Program-made: the position numbers and the translations under genes
NCBI GenBank assembly: GCA_023419375.1
Contig: JAEZYD010000030.1
Span: forward strand, 8,800-72,799
From: Pseudomonadota bacterium
GTDB lineage: Bacteria > Desulfobacterota > Desulfovibrionia > Desulfovibrionales > Desulfovibrionaceae
Direction of reading: 5' to 3'
Length of the DNA: 64,000 nucleotides
Shown here: positions 1 through 8,427 of the stretch, in pieces
How the letters are laid out: each line of letters opens with the position of its first letter
Position numbering within the stretch: position 1 is the first letter of the stretch
Notes under the pieces: model-generated
The model's input: only the letters and a program-made list of their open reading frames with translations
Database searches by the model: none
What the model was told of the DNA's origin: nothing

Positions 1-1350
1 TTTTTTGCGTCCCCGTTTGGCAGGAGCCTTTACGCCCGGTAGGGTGCCGCGCGCATCGGCCAGTTCCTCTGGAGAGAAAACGCGCACGGTGCCGTATTCG
101 CCGTCATAACCGCCTTCGCGGTAGACCTGACCGCGCCGCATGCGGGCCACGGCTTCGCCCAGCGGCTCCCAGTGAGCGCGGATGTCGGCTTCCGGCAGGC
201 TGCAAAGAATATCCAGCTCCGGCCCCAGTTCGCGCAGCAGGCTGCTGTAACGCTCCTGCACCCGGCGCGATGCCGGGCCAACGCCGAGGATTTCACCCAC
301 GACTTCAGCCAGCGGAATCAGCGGCCGCACTTCCGGTTCGCGCGGTAACTCCGGCGTGGTTTCCCTGTCTGCCAGTTCCAGCACCCGGTGCAGCACGCCG
401 ACTGTGAGCGGCTTGCCGCAGACCGGGCAGATATTGTTAAGAGCCAGTGATTCCTTGGGTTCCAGCACCACGTTGCAGGCGCGGTGCCCGTCAAGGTGGT
501 ATTTGCCTTCGTCAGGATAGAATTCCATGGTGCCGAGAAAGCGGCAGTCCAGAGTGCTCTGGTCTTCCCGCCGGGCAGAGGCGCGCAGGGCCGCAAACAT
601 GCCCGCATAGCTGGGGCGGCCCGCAAACAGATTGGCCTCGCGCCCAAGGTTGGCCCCGGAATGCGCGTCTGAATTGGACACAAGAGCGTAGCCGTCAAGC
701 CTGCTGATCAGGCGGTTCATGGCCGGGTCGGACGAAAGGCCCGTTTCCAGCGCAAAAATATGTTCCGAAAGGTCGCCGTAGCAGTCTTCCAGCCTGTCAA
801 AGCCTGATTTGGAGCCGAAAAGCGCAAACCAGGGCGTCCACACATGGGCGGGGATCATCACTGAACCCGGCGCGCATTCCAGCATGATTTCAAGCAGGTC
901 GCGCGAGTCCAGCCCCAGAATGGGGCGGCCATCGGCATTGAGGTTGCCGATCTGCGCCAGCCGCAAAGAAAGGCGCTCCGCATCTTCCAGAGTGGGCACA
1001 AACACAAGGTTGTGCACCTTGCGCACCTTGCCGCCGCGTTTGTAGATGGAGCTGATTTCCGTTTGCAGCAGAAACAGCGGGTCGGCGGATTCCTGCATGC
1101 CGGGGCCGGCCTTGGCATCCATGAACTCAAGCGTTTCGGGCTCAACCGCCAGCCGATACAGGCCCGTGTGCTCGTCCAGCACAAGCTGCTCCGCCAGTTC
1201 CGCCCGCCACTGGGGATGCGTAAAATCGCCGGTGCCCAGTACGTTGATGCCTTTGCAACGCGCCCAGGCCGCCAGATGGCGGGGATTGAGAGCCTTGCTT
1301 GTGGCGCGTGAAAAGCGGGAATGGATGTGCAGATCAGCTATAAAATTCAT
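1..1350 (-). CDS. PHP-domain protein, TIGR00375 / endonuclease-Q-like. The C-terminal end runs off the window; the start codon is at 1348-1350.
   Basis: Hand translation from ATG 1348-1350 gives MNFIADLHIHSRFSRATSKALNPRHLAAWARCKGINVLGTGDFTHPQW. This contains the DLHxHSxxS and GTGDFTHP PHP-phosphoesterase signatures. The frame stays open to position 1. It is absent from the ORF track because there is no stop in the window. Confidence 0.7.
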   Translation of the reverse strand, partial: MNFIADLHIHSRFSRATSKALNPRHLAAWARCKGINVLGTGDFTHPQWRAELAEQLVLDEHTGLYRLAVEPETLEFMDAKAGPGMQESADPLFLLQTEISSIYKRGGKVRKVHNLVFVPTLEDAERLSLRLAQIGNLNADGRPILGLDSRDLLEIMLECAPGSVMIPAHVWTPWFALFGSKSGFDRLEDCYGDLSEHIFALETGLSSDPAMNRLISRLDGYALVSNSDAHSGANLGREANLFAGRPSYAGMFAALRASARREDQSTLDCRFLGTMEFYPDEGKYHLDGHRACNVVLEPKESLALNNICPVCGKPLTVGVLHRVLELADRETTPELPREPEVRPLIPLAEVVGEILGVGPASRRVQERYSSLLRELGPELDILCSLPEADIRAHWEPLGEAVARMRRGQVYREGGYDGEYGTVRVFSPEELADARGTLPGVKAPAKRGRKK

Positions 1351-1403
1351 AATTCACCCTGTGGGATGGAATCTGTGCGGGATTGATTACGGCAAAGCCT
1401 GCT

Positions 1404-2228
1404 TCAGGCCAGCCAGGGGCAGAAGCGCAAGGCCTGCGCAGACCAACGAGGCACGCCATGGCCGCCACCTGTCACGCTACTACTGTGCAGCGTCAGCGGT
1501 GTTTCAATAACGGTTTCGTGCGCGGCATGCTTGCGGGCCAGAGCCAGAATCCGCAATGCGGGTTTTGCCCTGTGCGTTCTCACTGGCAGCAGGTGGCGCA
1601 GCCCGAGGCCAGCATCGTTCAAGGCAGCGCACAATTGCGGCAAGGCCGGTGCGTCATAAATGCAGCAAAAACAGCCCTGATGCCGCAGCAGAGCCGCCGC
1701 AGCGCGGCAGAATAGCTGGAGCACATATTCCCGGCTTTCCTCGCTCTGTGCGCCACGCAGCGCCCGTTCGCGCATGGAGCGGGACGAAGGCCTTCCGGCG
1801 ACTCCATAGGGCGGATTTGCCAGAACCAGATCAACCTTTCCGGCATGGCTGACGCCTGTCGTGCCTGCCAGCTCTGACATACGCTTTCTGTCGGCCAGAT
1901 CAGCTTCGGCAAAGCGCAGCCTCTCTGTCAAGCCAAGGCGCGCGGCATTGGCTGTGGCGGCCTGCACAAGCGGCGCTTCCCTGTCCAGCCCCAGCCCGGT
2001 AACGCCAGGGCACCGCAAGGCCAGCCCCAGCAGGGCGGCTCCGCAGCCGCAGCCAAGTTCTGCCGCAGTCAGATGCGCCTGACGTGACGTGTTCAGGCTT
2101 TCCACATAGCGCGCGGCAAAGGCAGCCAGCAGGAGGGCGTCCGCGCCAAAGCGCAGGCTGCCTTCCGGCTGCTCAAGCCCGCGTGGAAAAAGCTGACGGG
2201 CGCTGTAAAAAGGTTCATCCGTGTGCAT
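1404..2228 (-). CDS. SAM-dependent methyltransferase, TrmN6/YfiC-like (N6-adenine type, NPPY motif)
   Basis: ORF 1404..2291 has the SAM-binding motif ELGCGCGAALLGL and the catalytic LANPPYG. I moved the start to internal ATG 2226-2228 (MHTDEPFY), which is preceded by an AGGAAGG SD-like sequence. Confidence 0.7.
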   Translation of the reverse strand: MHTDEPFYSARQLFPRGLEQPEGSLRFGADALLLAAFAARYVESLNTSRQAHLTAAELGCGCGAALLGLALRCPGVTGLGLDREAPLVQAATANAARLGLTERLRFAEADLADRKRMSELAGTTGVSHAGKVDLVLANPPYGVAGRPSSRSMRERALRGAQSEESREYVLQLFCRAAAALLRHQGCFCCIYDAPALPQLCAALNDAGLGLRHLLPVRTHRAKPALRILALARKHAAHETVIETPLTLHSSSVTGGGHGVPRWSAQALRFCPWLA

Positions 2229-2350
2229 TGGGCCTTCCTGCGCCGGAAAAAGGGCCGCCGACAGAACATGGTTTCTGACGGCGGCCCGCAAGTATGTGTC
2301 AGGATGCTGCGAATGCGGTCAGCCCCCCGAGGTTTTGGGGGGCATGCCTG

Positions 2351-4606
2351 CTACAGCAGATCCCCTTCCCAGTTGAACAGGCTCTTGCGCCGCATTTCGG
2401 GCACAGAAGCTGGCGGATTTTCCTGCATGTGCGCAAAGAAACCGTATCCCGCCGAGAGCAGTTCCTGCCTTTTGGCGGTGATGTCCAGCGGCCAGCCGGG
2501 ATAAATCCAGATGTTGCCGCCGTACTGCCGCGCCCAGAAGGGTTCGCCCATGGGGCTGAGGAATGGCTCGTTGGGTTTGACGCCCAAAAGGCCGAAACGG
2601 CTGATGCCCACGGGCCAGTAGCCGGAAAGCACCACGCCAAGCGGCAGGGGGCTTTGCGCGGGCAGGGCCAGCATGTCCTCCTGCGCCAGTTCAGGGCTTA
2701 CAAAAGCGCCCGAAAATCCCATATTGGCAAGTATGCCAAGGGCCGAGGCGTTGGCCGCGTTGCAGAAAGGCCCGGCCAGCAGGTCGGCGTTTTCTTCAAG
2801 CTGTTCGGGGAACAATCCTCGCTGCCACGGGGCGTTGCACACAAAATGCCGTGCGCCGTCACGCCACAGCCGCCCGATGGAGCGGCGGATGGTTTCTTCT
2901 TCGTCAGGCCAGATAACAGGCGGCAGCCACCAGCACATGCGCGGGGCAACCGTGCGCGAAAGTTCGGCGCTGCGCGCCGAAAGCCAGAGGGCCTGCAACT
3001 GGCTGCGGCCGGTGCGGGTCTCCTTGCCGTGGGGAACGCTCGAGCGCACGTACATATCGGGCCGGGTTTTGGCCTTGATGGGTTTGGGCAGACGCGGGTC
3101 GCTTTCCACGGCCTTGCTGGGGCGGGAGGGCATGGCCTCAAGGCGCGCCTGCCAGCTTTTGATGATACGCATGAGTTCCGGTTCGCGTCGGTCAATAAGA
3201 AAAACGGGCGTTCCGGCCTTGGGCGTCTTGTGCTTGGGCAGGCGCATAGTGAGGCTGCCGCCCTTGGGAATACGCCGGGTCACGGGTAGGGTGGCATGCC
3301 AGCGCTCATCCTCGACGCCCACGCGCAGGTAATCCTGCGGCAGCAGTTCAAAGAAGGGCTTGAGCGTCACGCCGCCTTCAGGCTCGATGCGAATCTTGCC
3401 CGCCAGCAGGCCGGAACTGGTCTGACCGTCCGGCGTGGTGGGGATGGTGTGATCCTTCTGCGGCAAAAAGCGCGCGCGGGAGGAGGGCCGCCCCAGCGAC
3501 ATCTGCAAAATTTCTTCCGCAGCCTTGCGGGCCTGGGCATCGCCGGGGTTGTCGCGCAGCATGCGGTAGGCCGTGACCACGTGGTACACGTAGTGCGGGC
3601 CTTTTTTGCGGCCTTCGATCTTCCACGACACAAGGTGGGGGATGTTCAGCAGGGTTTTTGCCAGCACGTCCAGCGAAAGGTCGAGGCAGGAGAACCAGCG
3701 GCCGTTGTGCTCCTTGCCGCGCACCTGCCCGCGCGAGGCAGGGCGGCGTGGCGCGTCAAAAGATTCATTTCTGCGGTCGTCCGGCCTGCCGCGTCCGGCC
3801 CTTGGGTCACGCCCATCGCGGCCATCCCGCCCATTGCGGTTTTTGCGGGCGATGTCCATGCGCGACTGTTCCTGGCGCATGCGATCCTGTTCCTCGCGTT
3901 CGGCATTGCGCACAAGCGCAATGGCCGCAGGGCCGCCCTGGCGGTACACGCGGCGGCAGGGCTGCACGCAGCGGCCACGCAGGCCGCTTTTGCCGCCCAT
4001 GTAGCTCGACCAGTAGCAACGGCCCGAAACGCAGTAGCACAGCGCGCCGTGCACAAAGCATTCAAGGTCAAGGCCTTCGGGGCAGGCCTCGCCCATGGTG
4101 CGGATTTCATCAATGGAAAGCTCGCGCGGCAGGATAACGCGGTTGGCCCCGAGTTTCTTTGCCTGCACAAGGCTTTCCGGATGGGTGAGGTTGGCAAGGG
4201 TGGAAAGAAAAAGCCCACCCTCAAAGCCAGCCTGACGCGCCAGATCCAGCATTGCCAGATCCTGCACGATAAGCCCGTCGGGCCTGACCTGACGGGCCAG
4301 GCGCGCCGCCAGCCGATATGCCTGAGCCGGTTCGTTGGGCTTGACCAGGGTATTCATGGCCACGTAAACGCGGGCGTTTTCCGCATGGGCAAGGTCTGTC
4401 AGGCGCGAAAGTTCCGTCAGCCCAAAGTTTTCTGCCTGCATGCGGGCCGAAAAATGCTTGAGGCCCAGATAGATGGCGTCTGCCCCGGCGGCAAGAGCGG
4501 CCAGGAATGAAGGCGCGTCGCCCGCCGGAGCCAGAATTTCCGGCCGGGCGGGCGTGGGGGCGGATATGTTCAGATGATCCGCAGAGGTGGAGAAAGTGTC
4601 GTTCAT
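2351..4606 (-). CDS. Peptidase U32 family protein (collagenase-like / RlhA-TrhP-UbiU type fold) with a long Arg/Asp-rich insertion
   Basis: The 751-aa ORF starts with a U32-type N-terminus (EILAPAGD...AGADAIYLG, VYVAMNTL, GLIVQD). It has a conserved Cys cluster (GALCYCVSGRCYWSS...RGRCVQPCRR). Its start codon overlaps the upstream stop (ATGA at 4603-4606). Confidence 0.85.
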   Translation of the reverse strand: MNDTFSTSADHLNISAPTPARPEILAPAGDAPSFLAALAAGADAIYLGLKHFSARMQAENFGLTELSRLTDLAHAENARVYVAMNTLVKPNEPAQAYRLAARLARQVRPDGLIVQDLAMLDLARQAGFEGGLFLSTLANLTHPESLVQAKKLGANRVILPRELSIDEIRTMGEACPEGLDLECFVHGALCYCVSGRCYWSSYMGGKSGLRGRCVQPCRRVYRQGGPAAIALVRNAEREEQDRMRQEQSRMDIARKNRNGRDGRDGRDPRAGRGRPDDRRNESFDAPRRPASRGQVRGKEHNGRWFSCLDLSLDVLAKTLLNIPHLVSWKIEGRKKGPHYVYHVVTAYRMLRDNPGDAQARKAAEEILQMSLGRPSSRARFLPQKDHTIPTTPDGQTSSGLLAGKIRIEPEGGVTLKPFFELLPQDYLRVGVEDERWHATLPVTRRIPKGGSLTMRLPKHKTPKAGTPVFLIDRREPELMRIIKSWQARLEAMPSRPSKAVESDPRLPKPIKAKTRPDMYVRSSVPHGKETRTGRSQLQALWLSARSAELSRTVAPRMCWWLPPVIWPDEEETIRRSIGRLWRDGARHFVCNAPWQRGLFPEQLEENADLLAGPFCNAANASALGILANMGFSGAFVSPELAQEDMLALPAQSPLPLGVVLSGYWPVGISRFGLLGVKPNEPFLSPMGEPFWARQYGGNIWIYPGWPLDITAKRQELLSAGYGFFAHMQENPPASVPEMRRKSLFNWEGDLL

Positions 4607-5619
4607 ATTTTATAATACTCTTTGTACCAGGCCACAAAGCGGGCTATACCCTCGCTGAGGGGCATGGAAGGGGCAAAGCCGGTGGCGGCGGTGAGGTCGT
4701 CAATATTGGCCCAGGTGGATTCAACATCGCCCGGTTGCATGGGCAGAAGCTCCTTGCGGGCCTTCATGCCAAGGGCGTCTTCAAGGGTGCTGATGAAATC
4801 GTTGAGTTCCACCGTATGGTTGTTGCCTATGTTGTAGATGCGCCAGGGCGCGGAGCTGCTGGCGGGGTTGGGATTTGCGGGGTCAAAGTCCGGGTCGGGC
4901 TGCGGGGCCAGCGGCAGCAGACGCACCACGCCTTCGATGATGTCGTCGATATAGGTAAAGTCGCGGCGCATGCGCCCTTCGTTGAACACCTTGATGGGTT
5001 CGCCGCGCACAATGGCGGTGGTGAACAGGTGCAGGGCCATATCCGGCCTGCCCCAGGGGCCGTAAACGGTAAAAAAGCGCAGGCCCGTGCAGGGAACGCG
5101 GAACAGATGGCTGTAGGAATGGGCCATCAGTTCGTTGCTTTTCTTGGTGGCGGCGTACAGGCTGACCGGGTGGTCAACGTTATGGTGCACACTGTAGGGC
5201 CGTGCCGTGTTCATGCCATACACGGAAGAAGACGAGGCAAAAAGCAGATGCCCCACCTTGTTCTGGCGGCAGCCTTCAAGAATATGCCCAAAGCCCAGCA
5301 GGTTGGCGTTGAGGTACGATTCCGGGTTCTGGATGCTGTAGCGCACGCCTGCCTGCCCCGCAAGGTTGACCACATGGGTAAATCCTTCGCGGGCGAACAG
5401 GGCGGCCATTGCCGGGCCATCTGCCATGTCCAGAAGTTCAAATCGGAAGCGCTGCGCCTCCGGCATGGCGGCAAGTTGGGCCAGACGGTCTTTTTTTAGT
5501 TGCACATCGTAATAGTCGTTGCAATTATCAACGCCCACCACGCTGTGCCCATCGGCCAGAAGCCGTTGGGAAAGATGGTATCCAATAAAGCCCGCTGCGC
5601 CTGTTACCAGAACATGCAT
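4603..5619 (-). CDS. NAD-dependent epimerase/dehydratase, UDP-glucuronate 4-epimerase-like
   Basis: This is the C-terminal 338 aa of ORF 4603..6600, starting at MHVLVTGAAGFIGYHL (Rossmann GxxGxxG). It has the YAATK catalytic motif. I located ATG at 5617-5619. The upstream part of the long ORF is antisense to another gene. Confidence 0.85.
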   Translation of the reverse strand: MHVLVTGAAGFIGYHLSQRLLADGHSVVGVDNCNDYYDVQLKKDRLAQLAAMPEAQRFRFELLDMADGPAMAALFAREGFTHVVNLAGQAGVRYSIQNPESYLNANLLGFGHILEGCRQNKVGHLLFASSSSVYGMNTARPYSVHHNVDHPVSLYAATKKSNELMAHSYSHLFRVPCTGLRFFTVYGPWGRPDMALHLFTTAIVRGEPIKVFNEGRMRRDFTYIDDIIEGVVRLLPLAPQPDPDFDPANPNPASSSAPWRIYNIGNNHTVELNDFISTLEDALGMKARKELLPMQPGDVESTWANIDDLTAATGFAPSMPLSEGIARFVAWYKEYYKI

Positions 5620-5766
5620 GAGAACCTCCCAGTGTGCATGCAGGCAAAGTAAGCCAGATGCGCGTTCTGGGCAAGAGCGGCGCGCAACGGTGAAATCCTT
5701 GTTTCGGGGTATGGGGGCTTGCGGGAAAAAGCGCCGCATCGTATGTTTTGAGGACCGAGGTAAAGA

Positions 5767-6768
5767 ATGCAGAAAGCAGAGAATAAAGGATCCGAAACGC
5801 AAGGCAAGTCCGCATCTTCTGCGGGTAAAGGCCGCCGTCAGGATCGCGTAGCCTGGTACGCTGGCCCGTACAAGGACGCGCTCATATATCTTATGGTCGC
5901 CATCTTTTTTGTAGAGATGATTGTTGGCGGCATTTCTTTTTTTTACGGCGTCATGCATGCCGCGCCGGATGTTCCTGGCGGCCCGCCGCTGGCGCGTTTT
6001 CCCTGGCTTGGCTGGGCCGTTGCCGCGGTGCTCGCCCCTGTGGGGCTGATGCTCATTGTGCACCTCTCCGGCACCTGGGTTTCGCGCTATCTGGGGCGCG
6101 AGGACAGCATGCAGGGCGGGCAGGGATCCGGGCAGGCGGCTGACGATGAGCAGGTGCCTGAACGGCTGCGCCGTTTCTATGCCATAATCCGCAATGCGCC
6201 CACGGTGGTTTTGCTGCTGGGCATCATGCTGCTGGGTGCGGGGCTGTTTTTTGTGGACGGGGCATTCTCTGCCCTGATGCGCCTTGGCGGCGCGCTGACT
6301 GAATATATCCCCTGGATTGCGGGCAGTCTGGCCGCGCTTATTGCCGTGTGCTATCTGGTGCACCGCTGGTTTGTGTACCGCCACCACCGCATGCAGCAGG
6401 AATATGAATACCGGCGCGAGGTGCTGGAACGCACGGGCATTGTGCTGGTGGACAAGGGCTGCATACCCCTGCCGCAAAATGAGGTGCAGCGTCTGGCCCT
6501 TGGCGGGCATGTGGTGGAGGCGCAGGCCTTGCCCCCGGCCCTTGACGCCGAAGCTGCATCGGGTGATGCCGCGGCTGACCGCAATGGAACGGCGGGACAT
6601 GACGACGATGTGACCGATGCGGAAATTATCAGCCCCGACACGGTAAATCCGTCTGAAGATACGACTGGCGCGACCCCTGCGGACAGCGCAGCCATGCCCG
6701 CTGACGCGTCAAAGCCCGTTGATGCCTCCGCAGCTGATGAGGCTGAAAAGCCCCGCAAGCAAGGTTAA
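5767..6768 (+). CDS. Hypothetical membrane protein with an acidic, low-complexity C-terminal tail
   Basis: The 333-aa ORF has about four hydrophobic helices (LIYLMVAIFFVEMIVGGISFFYGV, WAVAAVLAPVGLMLIVHL, VVLLLGIMLLGAGLFFV, IAGSLAALIAVCYLV). GAGG lies upstream of the ATG. I recognise no family. Confidence 0.6.
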   Translation: MQKAENKGSETQGKSASSAGKGRRQDRVAWYAGPYKDALIYLMVAIFFVEMIVGGISFFYGVMHAAPDVPGGPPLARFPWLGWAVAAVLAPVGLMLIVHLSGTWVSRYLGREDSMQGGQGSGQAADDEQVPERLRRFYAIIRNAPTVVLLLGIMLLGAGLFFVDGAFSALMRLGGALTEYIPWIAGSLAALIAVCYLVHRWFVYRHHRMQQEYEYRREVLERTGIVLVDKGCIPLPQNEVQRLALGGHVVEAQALPPALDAEAASGDAAADRNGTAGHDDDVTDAEIISPDTVNPSEDTTGATPADSAAMPADASKPVDASAADEAEKPRKQG

Positions 6769-6813
6769 CTGCTGATATGGCACCGTATTGTTCAGCGCTA
6801 AAGCGGCGGAAGC

Positions 6814-7188
6814 ATGAGCATACCCACACCAGGTAAACCTGTTCGCGGTTCCCGCAGCGGCGTGCCGCTCATGGCGCTGTTTGACCTGCTGGGCAAGCGG
6901 TGGGCCATGGGCGTCATCTGGCAACTGCGCAAGGGCCCGGCCACATTCCGCGCCTTGCAGGAGGCCTGCGAATCCATATCCCCGGCGGTGCTCAACAGCC
7001 GTTTGAAAGAACTGCGCGAGGCAAAGCTCGTGTGCACCACCAATGACGGCTATGCCCTGACAGACATGGGTGTGGAGTTGAGCCTTCTGCTGGAGCCATT
7101 TGGAGCCTGGGCCATCACCTGGGCTATGGAAGTGGCCCCGGAGGAGGCCGAACGCTGGAGCGAACTGCTCAGCAAAAGGCTTGCGTAG
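6814..7188 (+). CDS. HxlR-family winged-helix transcriptional regulator
   Basis: The 124-aa ORF contains LLGKRWAMGVIWQLRKGPATFRALQEA...ISPAVLNSRLKELREAKLV, a typical HxlR core. Confidence 0.8.
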   Translation: MSIPTPGKPVRGSRSGVPLMALFDLLGKRWAMGVIWQLRKGPATFRALQEACESISPAVLNSRLKELREAKLVCTTNDGYALTDMGVELSLLLEPFGAWAITWAMEVAPEEAERWSELLSKRLA

Positions 7189-7226
7189 CCGCCTCCCCCG
7201 GGGATTCCTGCATAATCGGGCGCAGA

Positions 7227-7424
7227 TTAGTGTTGCGCGGCCTTGATGGCCTTGAGCGTCCGGCCTCCCAAACCGATGGCATCGGTTGCGTATTCCTCAA
7301 TAAAGACCACGAACTTTTCCTGCGGAACAGACGTTGCCGCGACTGCGGCTGCGGTCAGGCCTTCAATGAGATTTTTCTTCACTTCTTCCGTGGTGCTGTG
7401 CATGGCTATGGTAATGACGGGCAT
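7227..7424 (-). CDS. 4-oxalocrotonate tautomerase family protein
   Basis: I used the internal start MPVITIAMH, which gives the Pro-1 after Met that is characteristic of the family. The protein is 65 aa. AAGGAG lies upstream of ATG 7422-7424. Confidence 0.75.
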   Translation of the reverse strand: MPVITIAMHSTTEEVKKNLIEGLTAAAVAATSVPQEKFVVFIEEYATDAIGLGGRTLKAIKAAQH

Positions 7425-7503
7425 GGTTTGCTCCTTGTCGTTTGATCTTGCGGCTTGCGCTCCGCGCATTTTGGGAAGCTGCAAGCAAAGGTAGTGTTCT
7501 TGC

Positions 7504-7528
7504 GCGCGCTATGGAATAAATAGCGCGC
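7504..7528. promoter_or_regulatory. Perfect inverted repeat GCGCGCTAT-N7-ATAGCGCGC, 80-100 bp upstream of the tautomerase gene (candidate operator or hairpin)
   Basis: Read directly from the sequence: arms at 7504-7512 and 7520-7528. Confidence 0.3.
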
Positions 7529-7626
7529 TATGAAAAAAATAGCAAGGACTGCCCAAGGTCAAGGCTGCAAAGACGGCAGGTTGTGCCCGTATGACGGATT
7601 CTTCAAGGTTTAGCTGCCAAAAGCTG

Positions 7627-7674
7627 ATGGGCATTCCCTGAACGTGTTCATGTTCAGGGAATGCCCATTTTTTC
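7627..7674. terminator. Strong stem-loop with flanking T and A runs; likely bidirectional intrinsic terminator
   Basis: ATGGGCATTCCCTGAAC (7627-7643) pairs perfectly with GTTCAGGGAATGCCCAT (7652-7668). TTTTTT follows on the plus strand and CAGCTTTTGG follows on the minus strand. It lies about 55 bp downstream of cbiC. Confidence 0.65.
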
Positions 7675-7727
7675 TAACGAGCAAGTATCCAGATTTTTGC
7701 TGAAAAAACTGCCACCCGGTGCTTTAT

Positions 7728-8420
7728 CTAAAGAGCCGCAACCTGGGTGAGGCCCCGCCGCGCAAGGGCTATGTCCGCCAGCGCGTTGATGCAGGCCGCC
7801 GCCACAGCGGAGCCGCCCTTGCGTCCCAGCAGGGTAAAGTGGGGCCAGGGGCTTTGCCGCAAAAGTTCCTTTGACTGCGCCGCGTTCACAAAGCCCACAG
7901 GCATGCCCACGATGAGGGCAGGTGGCTGCGCGCCTTGCGCAAGCACGTCCAGAAGCCCCAGCAGGGCTGTGGGCGCGTTGCCGATGACCACAATATTGCC
8001 GCCCATGTTTTGCGCAATGCTCTCAAGCCCGGCGCGGGAGCGTGTGGTGCCCCGGCTGGCGGCCAGCTCCGCAAGACCGGGCAGGGCCATGAGCGGCGTC
8101 ACCGTTACCCCCAGCGGTTCAAGGCGGCGCATGGGCAGGCCAGCGGCGGCCATGCGGGTGTCGGTATACACGGTGCAGCCCGCGAGCAGGGCGTTCACGC
8201 CAGATTCAAGGCCCTGGGCGCTCAGCCGCAGGTCGTCCACGATATCCGTATCGCCAAGGGTGTGGACACAGCGACGGGCCACTTGCCAGAGCGGGCCGCT
8301 AAAGGCTCGCGGTTCGGGAATTTCCGCATCTATGATGGCGAAAGAGCGGTTTTCAATCTCGGCAGGGGTGCAGGCCGGGTCAAGGTCAACACTGATTTTG
8401 TCTGTGGGGGTGTGAACCAT
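7728..8420 (-). CDS. cbiC: (Cobalt-)precorrin-8 methylmutase
   Basis: Translation from internal ATG 8418-8420 (MVHTPTDK) gives 230 aa. It contains CobH/CbiC motifs (VHTLGD, IVVIGNAPTAL, GMPVGFVNA, KGGSAVAAA). The upstream part of ORF 7728..8636 overlaps cbiA. Confidence 0.85.
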   Translation of the reverse strand: MVHTPTDKISVDLDPACTPAEIENRSFAIIDAEIPEPRAFSGPLWQVARRCVHTLGDTDIVDDLRLSAQGLESGVNALLAGCTVYTDTRMAAAGLPMRRLEPLGVTVTPLMALPGLAELAASRGTTRSRAGLESIAQNMGGNIVVIGNAPTALLGLLDVLAQGAQPPALIVGMPVGFVNAAQSKELLRQSPWPHFTLLGRKGGSAVAAACINALADIALARRGLTQVAAL

Positions 8421-8427
8421 AAGATCC

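Noticed and set aside
3780-3850. Short tandem nucleotide repeat (GGNCGNGAT x3)
   Set aside because: It lies inside the U32 coding frame and simply encodes the GRDGRDGRD peptide repeat. It is not a CRISPR-like or intergenic repeat.
5620-6600. N-terminal 327 aa of the 665-aa minus-strand ORF 4603..6600
   Set aside because: The epimerase homology begins at MHVLVTGAAGFIGY (ATG 5617-5619). The upstream extension is Arg/His-rich junk antisense to the membrane-protein gene at 5767-6768.
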